Below are positions 38,792-51,954 of a stretch of DNA of 64,000 bases, piece after piece (within the stretch, counting starts at the first letter, position 1; each line of letters opens with the position of its first letter). This DNA is from Podarcis tiliguerta. Lineage: Eukaryota. The notes beneath the pieces are model-generated. The model was not told the DNA's origin and made no database searches. It was given only the letters and a program-made list of their open reading frames with translations. The stretch lies in the NCBI GenBank assembly GCA_965153285.1, contig OZ229111.1; one strand, 5' to 3'. The position numbers and the translations under genes were made by a program.

Positions 38792-39004
38792 GTCACAATT
38801 GTTGAAAAAGCTGACAGTTCCAGTGTACTGCCTAGCCCACTGTCCATCAGTACCAAAAGCAAAATGACCTTCCTTTTTGCTAACCTGAAAGACCGTGATT
38901 TCCTGGTGCAGAGAATCTCTGACTTCCTGCAGAAAACTCCATCCAAGCAATCGTGTAACAATGGAGGAGGACGGAAGAAGAGCTGTGGTGACAATGCACA
39001 CGAG
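38792..39004 (+). CDS. TBC1D9B: TBC1D9B exon 7
   Basis: VTIVEKADSSSVLPSPLSISTKSKMTFLFANLKDRDFLVQRISDFLQKTPSK...AHE; 213 nt. Confidence 0.94.
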
Positions 39005-41808
39005 GTATGAGAACTGAGCATTGAAAAGCCCCTGCTATTATTGCATCATGTTCATGGCAAATTTCAAATATGTTTTGACATGTGGTCTCTTCAGATAGCC
39101 CCTCTTTCTAAATCTAGATGCTTGAACCCTGGTGCTTCATTTGCTTACAGTGGCCATGTTCAGGTGCAGCACTAAACCATAGCCCATAGTTAAGCAAATT
39201 AGTTTTTGCATGCAACTTGAGCTCTTCCACTAAACTCCTACCTTTATCAACAGGGAATCAAACCACAAAGGAGATGGTTTAGTGTTATTTCTGAACCAGT
39301 ACTTGTAGTTTGTTTGGAGAAAACAAACAAACAATGAGTACTGATTTAGACATAAGGCTAAGCCATCTGCCTCATTTCCATTTGGTGGAAAGGGAAAATG
39401 GCTTAGAGTTGTGGCCAGTGACCCACAATGGAAAGGACACTGGGTGTTTTTTTTAACTTTATCCAAAAGATTTGGGAAATTATCTACTTATTTAGTCAGA
39501 TATGACCTATATTCTCAATATTGAGATGAAATTGAGATGAGAGTTTTATTTTTATCTTGTGAGGAGTTCTTGTTAGAGAGAAAGCATTTTCTTAATAATA
39601 CAAGGTTATTACTATTAGTCTAAGGGAAAATGGATGAGGCAGCACTGACTGCCTCAGATGTGAGAATGAGGAAGAAAGTGGTTGGGAACTCTGACTAAGG
39701 AAAGCTGAGATCATAGCTTAGTGATAGAGCAGATGTTTGCATGCTGAAGGTTTTCCCGAGGTGCCCTGCCTCACTGTTAGTTTAATATACCCCTTCATGT
39801 CTTGTTTCATTCTTCATGTGACTGTGCCATGTAAGGGCATGTGCAAGTCCAACAGAGGGAGTCAGCAGTAGCATACCCTAGCTGTCCTCCTTTCTTCTGT
39901 TGAGAGATAGACTTATATCAAAATACTTACCTATCATAGGCAATGAAGATAAGCAGATGCCTAACTACACCTGACCCCTTTTGCACACAACTAACAGAGA
40001 TGGATCTGTTTGGCCATCAGGTAGTTCTGGGGAAAATGGGAGCAGCTTCCCCCAAAGCACGATGCCTACCAAAAATCATCAAGAGATGCTAGCAGTATTA
40101 AAATAAAACGGGGGCTAGAAGGACAGATAGTCTGAGCTGGTATAAAGTGACTTATTGTGTTTGCCCTTAATGATTTTCTTACCTGAGATAATCTCCCTGT
40201 AGGGGAGGAAAATGTACACCATAGCTTGTGTGGCATGTGTGTTGATTTGGCTGTGAATGCACAAGTTCGGTGGCCAGTTCTTCCTGTCCATCCTGGATGT
40301 GTCTGGTGGTGTAGGTGTATATAAATTATTGGTCTTCTGTTCCATTTTGTTTAATGGTTCCACCTTTCCTCATATACTTGGTTCATGAGATGGTATGCTG
40401 AATGGTTACTTCTTAGCTCAGTTCAGTGCTGTTTGCTCAGAGCTACACACTGAGCGAGCTACCTAAGTGCCCTGGATTCTATCCAGCATGTTCTGCTTTT
40501 ATCAGAGAAAAATGATGCATCATACCATGCTAGTCTTAAGGGAAAGCAGATTAGGCAGCACTTGACTGCCTCGGATGCTGAGCAAAGGGGAAAGTGGCTG
40601 AGAACTCTGGCTAAATTCTCTAGGAGCAACGTCATCAATGATGGTTTTCCACATGGGATAATGGGCTCATAATTCACTGTCATTCCACTAGTGAACCAAA
40701 TGACAGGGATGAGGACTCAGTTAATGAACAGTGTTGTGTGATGGCTTCGGTGTCGGGAGGCATAAAGAAAGATGAACTTCAGAAACAAGTGGGTAGAGGA
40801 ACACATATGAGGGGTGTAAATCTCTGCATATTGGTGAAAGCTGGCTGAACTTTTTTTTTAAAGCAACCAGGACCAACAGACTAGTGAAAATGTAAAATGA
40901 GCTGGTCACTGTTCCCACCATAACTGATTGGTAGACTTACTCAGTGATATTTCATATTGGTTGAGACGGTGGAACAGCACTTTATATTCATAATGCTGAT
41001 CAATAATTTGGGCATCTCCTCAAGCGTTGATAAGCCTGTTGGTCAGTATCATCAGGCTCCATCTGACTGTTGTTGTAGTGGTAAGCTTATTGGTCATTAC
41101 CACTCAGTGCTGCTTCACATACTGCCTTTTTGAGGCATATGCATAATAATGTGCTGTATGATGAGACATAAACGTTTGCAAACACATCTATAAATTTGGG
41201 AAAGTGGTTTGTCCATTTGTTCTCTTGACATCTGGTCATCTCTTGAGAAGTCACCAAATTTGGCACCAGGGTTTCCAGGGTAGGGGTGCCATTCATCAGT
41301 GTTTGTATCCTGGCTGCCATTTTGAATCAACATGTGAACCAAAACGTGACATGAGCGTGACTTTGTTTTTTGGCATAGGTTTGGCTGCCTTTCAATATAT
41401 CATCAACAAAGTTGGCACAAAGGTTCCAAAAGTGGGGCAGCAGACTTCATCGCCATTTGGACACTGGGTGCCATTTTGAAACAAATTGCAGACTGAAATG
41501 TCACTTTGGTGTGACTTCGTCCATTTTTTGACATAGTTTCAACCGCCTCTTGAGATGCGGTCACTAAGCTCAGGAATAGGGTTCTTGGGGTGGGTTCTAT
41601 GTTGATGTTTGGGTGCCAGGTGCCATTTTGAATCAAGATGGTGGACCAAAACATAACTTTTGATTTCACTTCACTTGATATTTGCCATAACAGATCCAAA
41701 TTCACAAATTTCACTATCCATTTTACAATCACAGTATTTTTTGGTTTCTAAAAAATTAGCTGTTCACTTCCCACTAATGATTTAGACAGAGGCTATAGCT
41801 TCCTAACA

Positions 41809-42170
41809 GGTAAAGGTAAAGGTAAAGGTAAAGGGACCCCTGACCATTAGGTCCAATCGTGACCGACTCTGGGGTTGCGGCGCTCATCTCACTTTATTGG
41901 CTGAGGGAGCCGGCGTACAGCTTCCGGGTCATGTGGCCAGCATGACTAAGCCACTTCTGGCGAACCAGAGCAGCGCACGGAAATGCCGTTTACCTTCCCG
42001 TCGGAGTAGTACCTATTTATTTACTTGCACTTTGACAGCTTTCAAACTGCTAGGTTGGCAGGAGCAGGGACCGAGCAACGGGAGCTCACCCCATTGCAGG
42101 GATTTGAACCGCCGACCTGATCGGCAAGTCCTAGGCTCTGTGGTTTAACCCACAGTGCCACCCGCGTCCC
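41809..42170 (-). mobile_element. Sauria SINE, full length
   Basis: (GGTAAA)n on the + strand is the (TTTACC)n tail; tRNA-like 5' end GGGACGCGGGTGGCACTGTGGGTTAAACC; about 360 bp. Confidence 0.9.
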
Positions 42171-42374
42171 TTGTTATTAGTGACCTTCCTGTACATCATA
42201 GATGGCCACCTCAGTGAAGAATCAAAAACAGATGAATTGAAATGCACTAACAGTGGTCTCTAATGTACCTATATTATAAAGCCTTGGAACACCTTTTAGT
42301 CACACTAAATGCCATTTAAATTGCAATGGAAGCCTGTTTGTTCCTTTATAATTTTCAGTTTGTACATTTTTAAG

Positions 42375-42536
42375 GAAATTTCAGAGCTGTCTCCCAGCAG
42401 CCCACTTGCAGCCAGCCCTGTCTCACCTCTCAACAATCAGCTGGCCAATTTTTGCACAGGTGAAGTACCAACAGCATCCCAGGGACTGCTTAAACTGTTT
42501 GGGAGCAACACTGAGGAGCTCGTTGGACCAAAAGGG
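42375..42536 (+). CDS. TBC1D9B: TBC1D9B exon 8
   Basis: EISELSPSSPLAASPVSPLNNQLANFCTGEVPTASQGLLKLFGSNTEELVGPKG; 162 nt. The ttttaag acceptor was chosen because it gives phase 0. Confidence 0.88.
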
Positions 42537-43462
42537 GTAAGTCACCAACTCTTTTATTGGGGGAGGGGGGTGTCAATAGTTTTAAAACTAGTACAATAAA
42601 ATCCTCTATAAAACCATATGTATTGAGGGGGGGTCAGTCAGATTTAATTTGCAAAAAAAGAATTCAAAAGATGTTCATCTATACATTAAAGACATGGGTA
42701 ATATTTTTTAACAATAGCTGTACCTATTTTCTGTATGGCTCAACCTTAAGGCCTTTGGCAGTAAATTTGAAAGAAGAAAGACCAGGCACAAAAAAACTAA
42801 GGCATGTACCCCAAGGAGGGAAAGCTTAAGCAAGACCCCATTTAGTGACCTTCAGGATTCACATGGATAGGTTTTTAAATACTTTTTAGCTTAAGACCAA
42901 CATCTTGCATTGGGCCTGGAAGCCAATGGCAAAAGTTGGTTCCTAGTGCTTGTGTTCCATAAAAGTCTGTTGGGGCACTACATTGGGGAGATGATGCATT
43001 GCCTTGTATTATAAAAGTAGATATGTGAGAAAGTAATTGGGTTGATCATATTATTTTGTCTTGTGAATGCTAATCCATTCAGGCATGCCTGTACTAATCC
43101 TTAGGTATCCAAAAATGCTACTCTCTGAACACAGCAATAATGTACCACATAACTATACTAGAGATTGAGTCCCAACTTAATTTTGCTGAGTGTATATTAA
43201 AGCAGATAGTCCGTGAGATGTGCTGCCTTGGTGCCTATTCTGTTTTTAAAACAAAACAAAACTGCCCGTTGAGAGTGGAGCTATTTGATATCTTGTTTCA
43301 TCTTGCACATTTCTATTACAATATCTTTGCCAGTTACTATCAGAGATCGATGTTACTAGATTATTTATAGAGCAAAGTGTGCTGTGTAAGAGTGGAAAGA
43401 AAATCCCAGGGTTTGGTCATCTGAAGTTTCCAGTATTGTGATCACAGTAATGGTTTCTTTAG

Positions 43463-43613
43463 GCAAAGGAGACGATGAAAGAGGAATCATGGAACATTCA
43501 TTTTTTTGAGTATGGGAGAGGAATGTGTATGTATCGCACAGCCAAGACCCGTGAACTGGTGCTAAAAGGGATTCCAGAGAATCTTCGTGCAGAGCTATGG
43601 CTCCTATTTTCAG
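43463..43613 (+). CDS. TBC1D9B: TBC1D9B exon 9 (start of TBC domain)
   Basis: [50 protein letters not shown]; 151 nt. Confidence 0.95.
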
Positions 43614-44102
43614 GTGAGACATTATATGCTCAACAGGTTTCCCTTTTAATGGAAATAGAAGTTTTCCCGTTAATCTTTGTGGGCTACTTCCACTGTTACA
43701 ATGTAGGGGTTCCCAAAGCTGGAAGTGACCTCAAGAATCATCTATAATTCCTTCCAATGGTCCAGGGATGGGGAACACTTCACCCTCCTGATGTTGCTGG
43801 TCTGCAGTTCCCATCATTGCTGACCAATGACACTGTTGGCTGAAGCTGAAGGGAGCTGGAGTCTGACAGCACCTGCTGTTCCCCATCCCTGCATTTGTCC
43901 TGACCAGTGGTGGCCCATGTTGAGTTTTCTTCCCTTGAAAGATTAATGGAGAGATCACACGCATGGATTGCAGGATAGCTGACATGAGTTTAAAAATGAT
44001 ATCTAAATACACATATAACAGCATTATGTCATGCATTTAGTCCATGGTCTAGCACAGCCACAAGGAATTGAAACGGACTAGTTTTTGTGTGCGTCACTGC
44101 AG

Positions 44103-44317
44103 GAGCCTGGAACGAGATGGCTACTCACCCTGGATATTATGCAGACTTGGTGGAACAGTCACTGGGAAAGTATAGCCTTGCTACAGAGGAAATAGAACGA
44201 GACTTACATCGATCAATGCCAGAGCACCCTGCCTTCCAGAATGAGCTGGGGATTGCTGCACTTCGAAGAGTACTGACAGCATATGCTTTTCGGAATCCCA
44301 CAATTGGCTACTGCCAG
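44103..44317 (+). CDS. TBC1D9B: TBC1D9B exon 10 (catalytic R and Q fingers)
   Basis: IERDLHRS (IxxDxxR) and GYCQ (YxQ) motifs; 215 nt. Confidence 0.96.
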
Positions 44318-44429
44318 GTAAGAGAGTGGTGGTCAAGGATTAGCTTGCAGTTTGGCACTTCACATCCAAGTCCAATTAAATTTCATATTAGAGCTCTAGC
44401 TACCTAGCGGTACGAATGCTGCCAGTAGT

Positions 44430-45175
44430 GTGAGAGACTCCCTGGTCCTGAATGGAGTAACTGTGTCCCTGAAAGACCAGGTGCACATCCTGGGAATCAT
44501 TTTTGATTCACAGCTGTCCATGGAGGCGCAGGTCAATTCTGTGTCCAGCGCAGCTGTCTACCAGCTCCATCTGGTACGCAGGCTGAGACCCTATCTGCCC
44601 ACAGACTGTCTTGCCAGAGTGGTGCATGCTGTACTTATCTCCCACTTGGACTACTGTAATGCGCTCTATGTGGTGCTACCTTTGAAGGTGACCTGGAAAC
44701 TACAGCTCATTCAGAATGCGGCAGCTAGACTGGTAACCGGGAGTGGCCACTGGGACCATATAACCTAAAGGATCTTTATTGGCTCCCAGTGCATTTCCAA
44801 GCACAATTCAAAGTTTAAAGCCCTAAACAGCCTCGGTCCAGTATACTTGAAGAAGCGTCTCCACCCCCATCTTTCAGCCCAGACACTAAGATCCTCCTCT
44901 CAGGGTATTCTATTGGTTCCCTCACTGCGAGAAGTGAGTTTACAGGGAACCAGGCAGAGGGCCTTCTTGGTAGTGGCGCCCTCCCTGTGGAACACCCTCC
45001 CTTCAGATGTCAAGGAGATAAAGAAGTATATACTTTTTAGAAGACATCTAAAGGCAGCCCTATATCAGGAATTTTTTTTAATTTTGATGCTTTATTATGC
45101 TTTATGTAGTCTGTAAGCCGCCCAGAGTGGCTGGGGAAACCCAGCCAGATGGTGGGGTATAAATAATAAAATTAT
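44430..45175 (+). mobile_element. L2-clade LINE, 5'-truncated copy
   Basis: ORFs 44430..44768 (LDYCNALY..LP....KLQLIQNAAARL) and 44847..45116 (RAF.V.APSLWN.LP); AT-rich tail. Confidence 0.85.
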
Positions 45176-45545
45176 CATGCATAGCCCTAAGCACCACTCA
45201 AGGTTGAGCACAACCAGGGCTGATGGCTCTGCCTAGTCTGATGGAATGCCCCCGTCTTCCTTCTGTAGAATTTCCAGGAGCTTTTATGGAGGGGGGGGGT
45301 GAAGCATCCTCCCTTCCCACTCCACCTGCTAAATGTCATTATTTCTAATAAAAGCACTAATACTAGTTACTAGAAGCAAAGATGTGGTTCTGAGCTGTAA
45401 AATCTTTTATTCGAGGTATCTCATTTATCATTTGTGTCTTATGCTTTGACAAACTAAAATATAATAAATGATTGCTGCCCTAAACGAGCTTCTCACCTAG
45501 TGTGGATTATTATTATTCTCCTTTTGCATGCCCACTTCCTCTCAG

Positions 45546-45663
45546 GCCATGAACATTGTGACATCGGTACTGCTTCTGTACTGTAATGAAGAAGAAGCTT
45601 TCTGGCTCCTTGTGGCCCTGTGTGAGAGGATGCTGCCAGATTATTATAACACCAGAGTGGTCG
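45546..45663 (+). CDS. TBC1D9B: TBC1D9B exon 11
   Basis: [39 protein letters not shown]; 118 nt. Confidence 0.95.
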
Positions 45664-47142
45664 GTAAGTCTTCCAGTTAACCTTAGAAGCTAGAATTTGT
45701 TTTTACAGAGCAATTCATTGGATAGGTAGGTTATTTTGTCCTTAGAAGAGGAGGTGTGCGTTGGAAGCCTTGGCCTCATAAAACCAGGTTTTGAATATAT
45801 TCTTTAAATTATAGGGTGATATCTGATTTTGTGTGAGCATACAGGAGGGCAGAGTGCAAGAGAAAGCCTGCTCCATTGTTGATGGCAGCTACTAAATATC
45901 CATACAGTTGAGAAAAAGCTGAACGAGTCAGTTCAGTCATCTGTCATAATACAAGATACCTTGAAAAAGACAAATCACTTGCCTGTCTAGTCTTTGATTA
46001 AAAATCTTCAAGGACAGAAGTTCTGGTATCTTCCTAACCACTATGTTTGATTCCTAATTTCTCTTGTGTGGATTTTGTTTGAAAAAAAGTTTAATTTGCT
46101 ATTGACTTTATGTCATTTTATATCCGCTACATTCAATCCTATCCTTAGCAGATAGAATAAATAAATATACTTCCTTAAATCAATTCAAATATTCTAAAAC
46201 TGTCAATATATTAGCATCTCCTCTCTAGCTCCTCCCCAGTTTCTTTAGCTTTTGCCTGCTTGAGTAAAATGTGCTCTTCCACTGAACTGAGCAATACCAT
46301 TGCTTCACAAGTCTGAAATTGATATCATCTTCTCAAAATAATTCAGAAACTAGAGTTATTAATAATTAAATGCCCAAAATGATTGAGGTTGGCAGGTACT
46401 GCCAGGGAATATCAGCAGGACTGGTGAAGTATAGAAAATTGATTGAAGGTTTTCTGAAATGTTAAAATACATATTTGACTGAGTGAGAACAATATAATAG
46501 GTACTGGGCTGCAGTGAGACCTTTACTAAGGCTTCAGAAATTTAAACTAAATATAGATTCCTTATATTTAATTTATATATGGAATTGTTTAATTGTATAT
46601 GAGCATACTGCTGAGTCTCCCAACGGGTTGTGTTTTGCTCTGAAAGGCGTGGAAGGTTCAGTCATTTCAGTAAAGACACATAACATTCATTTTAAATTTA
46701 GTATTGTGCTTAACCTTTAAAGAAGCTAATAAGGGATATTTCACACATTAATACTTAACACTCAGTGATTGCTACATGAGGTAATGATGTCCCATGAGTA
46801 AAACAGCCATTGTAACCTAAATATTGCAGTCAGAAGGTTGTATCCAGTGGACTTCCACTTGCACAGTGAAACTTCCTCATTCTCTCCTTCCCATTTCAGG
46901 CCCCATGAACCGTTCTGTTGGGCTTTCAGATTTCATTTCATCACTTCCTCAAGCACAATAATTTTTAGTGGACAGCTGCTCACTCACAATATTCCTTTGC
47001 AAGCCAAGTGATGAGTGTACAGGTGGCTTCACTCTAAGGCAAATCAGTTATTCTCTGCACTTTCATTTTGCTCTAGGTTTACCTCAGCTCCTTGTCTGTA
47101 ATGTTGAGTCTATGCTACACTTCCAGTTGCATGTTGCAGATA

Positions 47143-47185
47143 ACTCTCTCTCTCTCTCTCTCTCTTTCTCTTTCTCTCTCTCTCT
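47143..47185. repeat. (CT)n tract forming the polypyrimidine tract of TBC1D9B exon 12
   Basis: Read directly. Confidence 0.9.
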
Positions 47186-47196
47186 TTCCTGTTCAG

Positions 47197-47482
47197 GTGC
47201 CTTGGTAGACCAGGGCATCTTTGAGGAGCTCACACGGGACTGTCTTCCCCAGCTATCTGAGAAGATGCAAGACCTGGGAGTCATTTCCAGCATATCACTT
47301 TCTTGGTTCCTCACACTCTTTCTCAGTGTCATGCCTTTTGAAAGTGCTGTGGTCATTGTTGACTGTTTCTTCTACGAAGGCATCAAGGTCATCTTGCAGG
47401 TATCTCTGGCCATCCTGGATGCCAACATGGAGAAGCTGCTTAACTGCTGTGATGAAGGCGAGGCCATGACTGTCTTGGGCAG
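47197..47482 (+). CDS. TBC1D9B: TBC1D9B exon 12
   Basis: [28 protein letters not shown]...[10 protein letters not shown]; 286 nt. Confidence 0.95.
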
Positions 47483-47764
47483 GTAGCCTCATTTTTCTGT
47501 TTCACAATGAAATGAATGGTAATGGATATGGTAATAGCTACCATTAATTCTTCCTTCTTATCCCTGGCTAGTGACAAGCTTCTTGCTTTTCACTTGGCAG
47601 GGACCAGTTATTACAAGGATAATAATAAAAAGCCATTTGCTCAAAGCCATGTTTCAGTGTGTTGTGAGATATGCCCACCGTAGGTAGTGAAGCCCAGAAA
47701 GATTTATTTTAACTGCAAGATCCGTTTAGCCAAAATAGATAATTTGTGGCTAAATTTATAAGTA

Positions 47765-47937
47765 CCATATTTTTCCGTGTATAAGACGCCCCCATGTATA
47801 AGATGCCCCCTATTTTGGGGGACTTCAAATTAAGAAAACACCCCTCAGCACTATCTGTGTATAAGATGAGCCCCAATTTTAAACCTAATTTTTTGGTTAA
47901 AAAAAACAACCCTAGTCTTATACGTGGAAAAATACGG
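47765..47937. mobile_element. TcMar (Tc2-like) MITE
   Basis: Terminal inverted repeats CCATATTTTTCCGTGTATAAGAC / GTCTTATACGTGGAAAAATACGG; TA on both sides. Confidence 0.85.
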
Positions 47938-48856
47938 TAATTTATGGATAAATTAATAGAAATGTAACTAGGAAATCTGGTTTCCATGAAAGAGGCTAGT
48001 GAAATCTCTTTCAGCCAGGAGCATGTGGGCTAGCAGGGGTCAGAAATGAACAATCACAGTGCTGACTTTGATCATCGTAATGAAGTCTTTCAAAAAGGGT
48101 TTGCTTCAGATAGCAATTCAGTTCTGCTGGAACCAGCTGTTACCCAGCCTATCCTGTCTTGGAGTAGATTCCAATAGCAACCAGTTATTTTATGAGACAG
48201 GTGCGGGGAACATTTTGGCCCTCCCAAAGCTGCTAAAGTACAATTCCCATCAGCCTCAGCAAACATGACAAGCTTGACCAAAGGCCACAGCAACATCTGG
48301 AGTGCCAAAGGTTCCTCACACATGTTAAAAGATAAACAGTGAGTCAGTGGGTTTACTTGTACAGGGGTCAGCTGCCTTCCTGCCCTTCCCCTCCTTTGAA
48401 TGAGTGACCAGCTACTCGCCAGCTAACAGGAGGAGAGGGTTGAGACAGTGAAGACTGCTGCTGAGCAGAAGCCATTTGCAACTGCCAGAAGAAAGAGGGG
48501 AGGTTGTGAGGACTTCCTGCTTTGATCATTCATATTTTATTCTAGTTTTTGCATGTTGCCTTGAGTTTTTCTGCTGAAAAAGGAAAGCTGTAGAAAAATA
48601 TGATACATATGACACATACATAAACAAAATACATTTTCCTGTTAATGGCTGTTATTCAACCTTTATAGTATGTTCATTTGGTTTCTTGTAGCATATAAAT
48701 GATTTGTACAGAGATTGAATCAGAAGTAATGAGAATTAATCATCAGTGGAATTATGCAGGCTAGGTAGAACTATATAAACTATTCAGAATGGTAACTCTA
48801 AACTTGGGTTATGCATTAATCCCAGGTTCTGTCTTTTATTTTTGGTTTTCCTGTAG

Positions 48857-48986
48857 GTACTTGGACAACGTAGTTAATCGACAAAATGTTTTCCCACGTA
48901 TTCCCCACCTCCATGCCTTATTGACAAGTGGGGATGATCCACCAGATGAAATTGATATCTTTGAACTTATAAAAACAGCCTATGAG
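48857..48986 (+). CDS. TBC1D9B: TBC1D9B exon 13
   Basis: RYLDNVVNRQNVFPRIPHLHALLTSGDDPPDEIDIFELIKTAYE; 130 nt. Confidence 0.94.
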
Positions 48987-49490
48987 GTCAAGTGCTGTCT
49001 TATTTTTTCACTCCTTTTTATTTAAATACCTTACCAGACTTGTATTCCTTGTTAAACTCCACACCCACCCACACCCTTTCCCCCCTTCATGCTGCTTTTA
49101 ATCTAGGGTTGTTCAGGGTAATTAATTAAAAAAAGATGGGATTACTGTTGTTTTTATCTTTGTGTTTGTTTTTATATTTTGGAAACTACTTTGACTCCTT
49201 TGAAGGGGGAAAGTGGGAAATAAAATTTTGTATTAATCAGTCAAGCACAATTTCTGGATATGGGCTTGATGTTACTTCTCTCCCTCTGCCCCACCTTTGA
49301 TATAAACCTTATTAAATCTGAGTCTACTCTTCTGAAATGTTACATGCATGGTTAATGCAATAGAAGGGAAGCAAAACCGTAGTGTTTTACTTCCCCTGTT
49401 TAGACAGTGACTTGTTGCTGCTTGCTAATGTATCTTCCCGTTCCTCTGCCATTAGTATTTCTATTCATGGCTTTCAAACATTGCTAGAGG

Positions 49491-49590
49491 CAGCTGTTTG
49501 GGACTACAACTCCCATCATCCCTACCTAACAGGATCAGTGGTCAGGGATGATGGGAGTTGTAGTCCCAAAACAGCTGGAGGGCCGAGTTT
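49491..49590. mobile_element. Partial copy of the 11158-type palindromic MITE (more decayed copies at ~23042, ~43762, ~48198, ~51367)
   Basis: GGGACTACAACTCCCATCATCCCT...AGGGATGATGGGAGTTGTAGTCCC. Confidence 0.8.
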
Positions 49591-49714
49591 GACAGAGATT
49601 TGCTTTTTCCCCAGTGAAATCATTGCTTAGGAAATTATCTTCAAATGCTTCATTGAATATATGGTATTCCCCTGTGGCTCTAAAGATGAATCTTGTTTAC
49701 TTTTATTACTACAG

Positions 49715-49813
49715 AAATTTGGCCATTTGAAAGCAGATGACATTGAGCAGATGCGCTTTAAGCAGAGATTGAAAGTGATCCATTCTTTAGAGGACACAGC
49801 TAAGAGAAGTGTG
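49715..49813 (+). CDS. TBC1D9B: TBC1D9B exon 14
   Basis: KFGHLKADDIEQMRFKQRLKVIHSLEDTAKRSV; 99 nt. Confidence 0.95.
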
Positions 49814-50764
49814 GTATGTTGCACCCAGTTTTGTGTTATAGGTATTGGGTATGTTGATGCTGTTCTAATTTTTACCTTTGCGGATAGGATGAGTTTTTAA
49901 AAAAGTAAATCAGGTAATCAAATGATTAGCATGCACTGAAGGACACTTTGCTTAAAGTTATTCTACAGAGAGTTGTTTTGTATCACATTTGAATTAAGGA
50001 ATTGTGAGTGATGTTCTTGGGGGTGCCTCTGCTGCATCTGAGAAATTGCCATATATTTCTCTGAAGACATAAGAGTTTGGCCTGAAAAAGTTGTGAGAAA
50101 AAATTGGCAGGCTTTAAAAAAAAAACCCTTCTACTGAGCTCTCCTCTTTTCCTTCACCGAGGGTGTGGCAACAGGAGATACTGACCTTTCTCATCCTCAG
50201 AACTCCTGTGCCATAGAATCTCAAGGGAAGAATAGCTTTCACGTCTTCTTGCTTCTGTTTTTCCCCCCTGTTGTTTGTGCCATTGTGGTGTTCATTCCCT
50301 CCAGATAGGATCAGATGTCTCCAAGTGAATGTCTCTAATGCCCTTGTAGATGTTTGACAGTGAGTGGATCAAATAGATAAAAGCTGAAAGGATGAAGGAG
50401 TTGACACATTTCCTGTTCCCACTTCCAATTACAGTGCACTGAGAGCAGGAAATGCTTTTAATGTTTTTGACCACTTTTTTGCTGTGTTTACCCCCTGAGT
50501 TCAAGGGAATAGAGCTACTCTTCTCTAGCTGTTGTTGAGGTTTTTGCATCTTCCTGTCTCAGATCAATAGCTCCCAAATGCAGACTTTAGTATTCTGCTC
50601 AAAATCATTACACGTTCCTTCCTTTCTCCGGTCAAGTCCCCAGACTTTGAAAGTCATTTTGTCATGCTTTGTTCGAAGTAACCTTCCTGGTGTGTTTTAA
50701 TTTAACTTTTCCAAGTTCACAGCAAAACTAATTAAAATATATCTGTTTCTTTGTGTTTCTGTAG

Positions 50765-50833
50765 GTCCGAGCTATATCTGGTGACATTGGTTTTTCTATG
50801 CAAGAATTAGAAGACCTCTATGTAGTATTTAAG
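50765..50833 (+). CDS. TBC1D9B: TBC1D9B exon 15
   Basis: VRAISGDIGFSMQELEDLYVVFK; 69 nt. Confidence 0.94.
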
Positions 50834-51716
50834 GTAGGAACCCTGCATAAAAGCTTATTTAACAATATACAGCATAATCATAAGCATGTTTGCTCAGAAG
50901 TAAATTTCACTGGGACTTGCTCCATAGTAATCCTTAGTGTATTTTATTTACCAACGTACAGTGTAATCTTGGCATGTTTTCTCATATATAACGCCCACTG
51001 ATTTCAGTGGGATTTATTCCCTACTGAGCATCCTTGTGACTGCAGCATGAGAGCAGAACCAGAATTATTAGTAACAGTATTATCTGTTAACTTGTACTCT
51101 GCTGTTCCAAGCTTAATGAATACATTCAGTTTCTTTGGCTGAACCCACCATAGCCTCTGCCACTGCAGTTGAGAAGTAAGAATCTAATTTCACTTATCTA
51201 CTTGTTGAACAGATTTAAGTGGACTTCTTCCAACTGATGCAAGCATCCATTGAAAGTTTAAAGGGCTATAGAACTGCAGAAGGAAATGCCATTTATTTCC
51301 ATACCTTTCATTCACATTCACATTTCTACCTGAATCTGCATCTCAAGTTGGTGGTGTTGCTTATTGCAGGGGCAGTCAATGTGGCACCCTCCAAATGTGT
51401 TTGGACTCCCACCAGCCCCAGCCAGGATGGCCAATCCTCAGGGACAATAGGAGCTGTAGCTCAGCCACATCTGCTGAGAACCACTACCTTCATCTTACTG
51501 TGATGATTAACCTTTAGATGTACCGTAGTATCTTTTCTGCCTGTTGCAGTTGATTAAAAGTTATTTCCAAGCCTGAAAAATGTAAAATGGTGTTGGTATT
51601 CAGCTCACAGGTTTCCCCACCATCACCTATGGGTTTGGGTTGGCTTCAAGACTGAAGTTTTGAAAATGTAATTATTGTCTGACCACAATAATTATAGTAC
51701 CACCTTCCCTTCACAG

Positions 51717-51954
51717 GCAAAACACCTAATGAGCTGTTATTGGGGAAATCACACTGTATCTGCCCAGCGAGACCAGAGCCTGCCCTACTTAGAGCAGTAC
51801 CGCATTAACATGGAGCAGTTCAAGGAGTTGTTTGCATCTCTTACTCCTTGGTCTTGTGGCCTCCACACACCAGTGCTAGCAGAAAGAATGTTCCGACTGT
51901 TGGATGAGAACAAAGATGCACTAATTAACTTCAAGGAGTTTGCAACAGGGATGA
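51717..51954 (+). CDS. TBC1D9B: TBC1D9B exon 16 (EF-hand)
   Basis: AKHLMSCYWG...MFRLLDENKDALINFKEFATGM; EF-hand-like loop DENKDALINFKE; 238 nt. Confidence 0.95.

Noticed and set aside
42359-42374. Upstream ttttcag acceptor for TBC1D9B exon 8
   Set aside because: It is out of phase with exon 7 and would shift the frame.
44430-45116. Intronic ORFs as a nested gene
   Set aside because: They are broken C-terminal remnants of an L2-type LINE ORF2.
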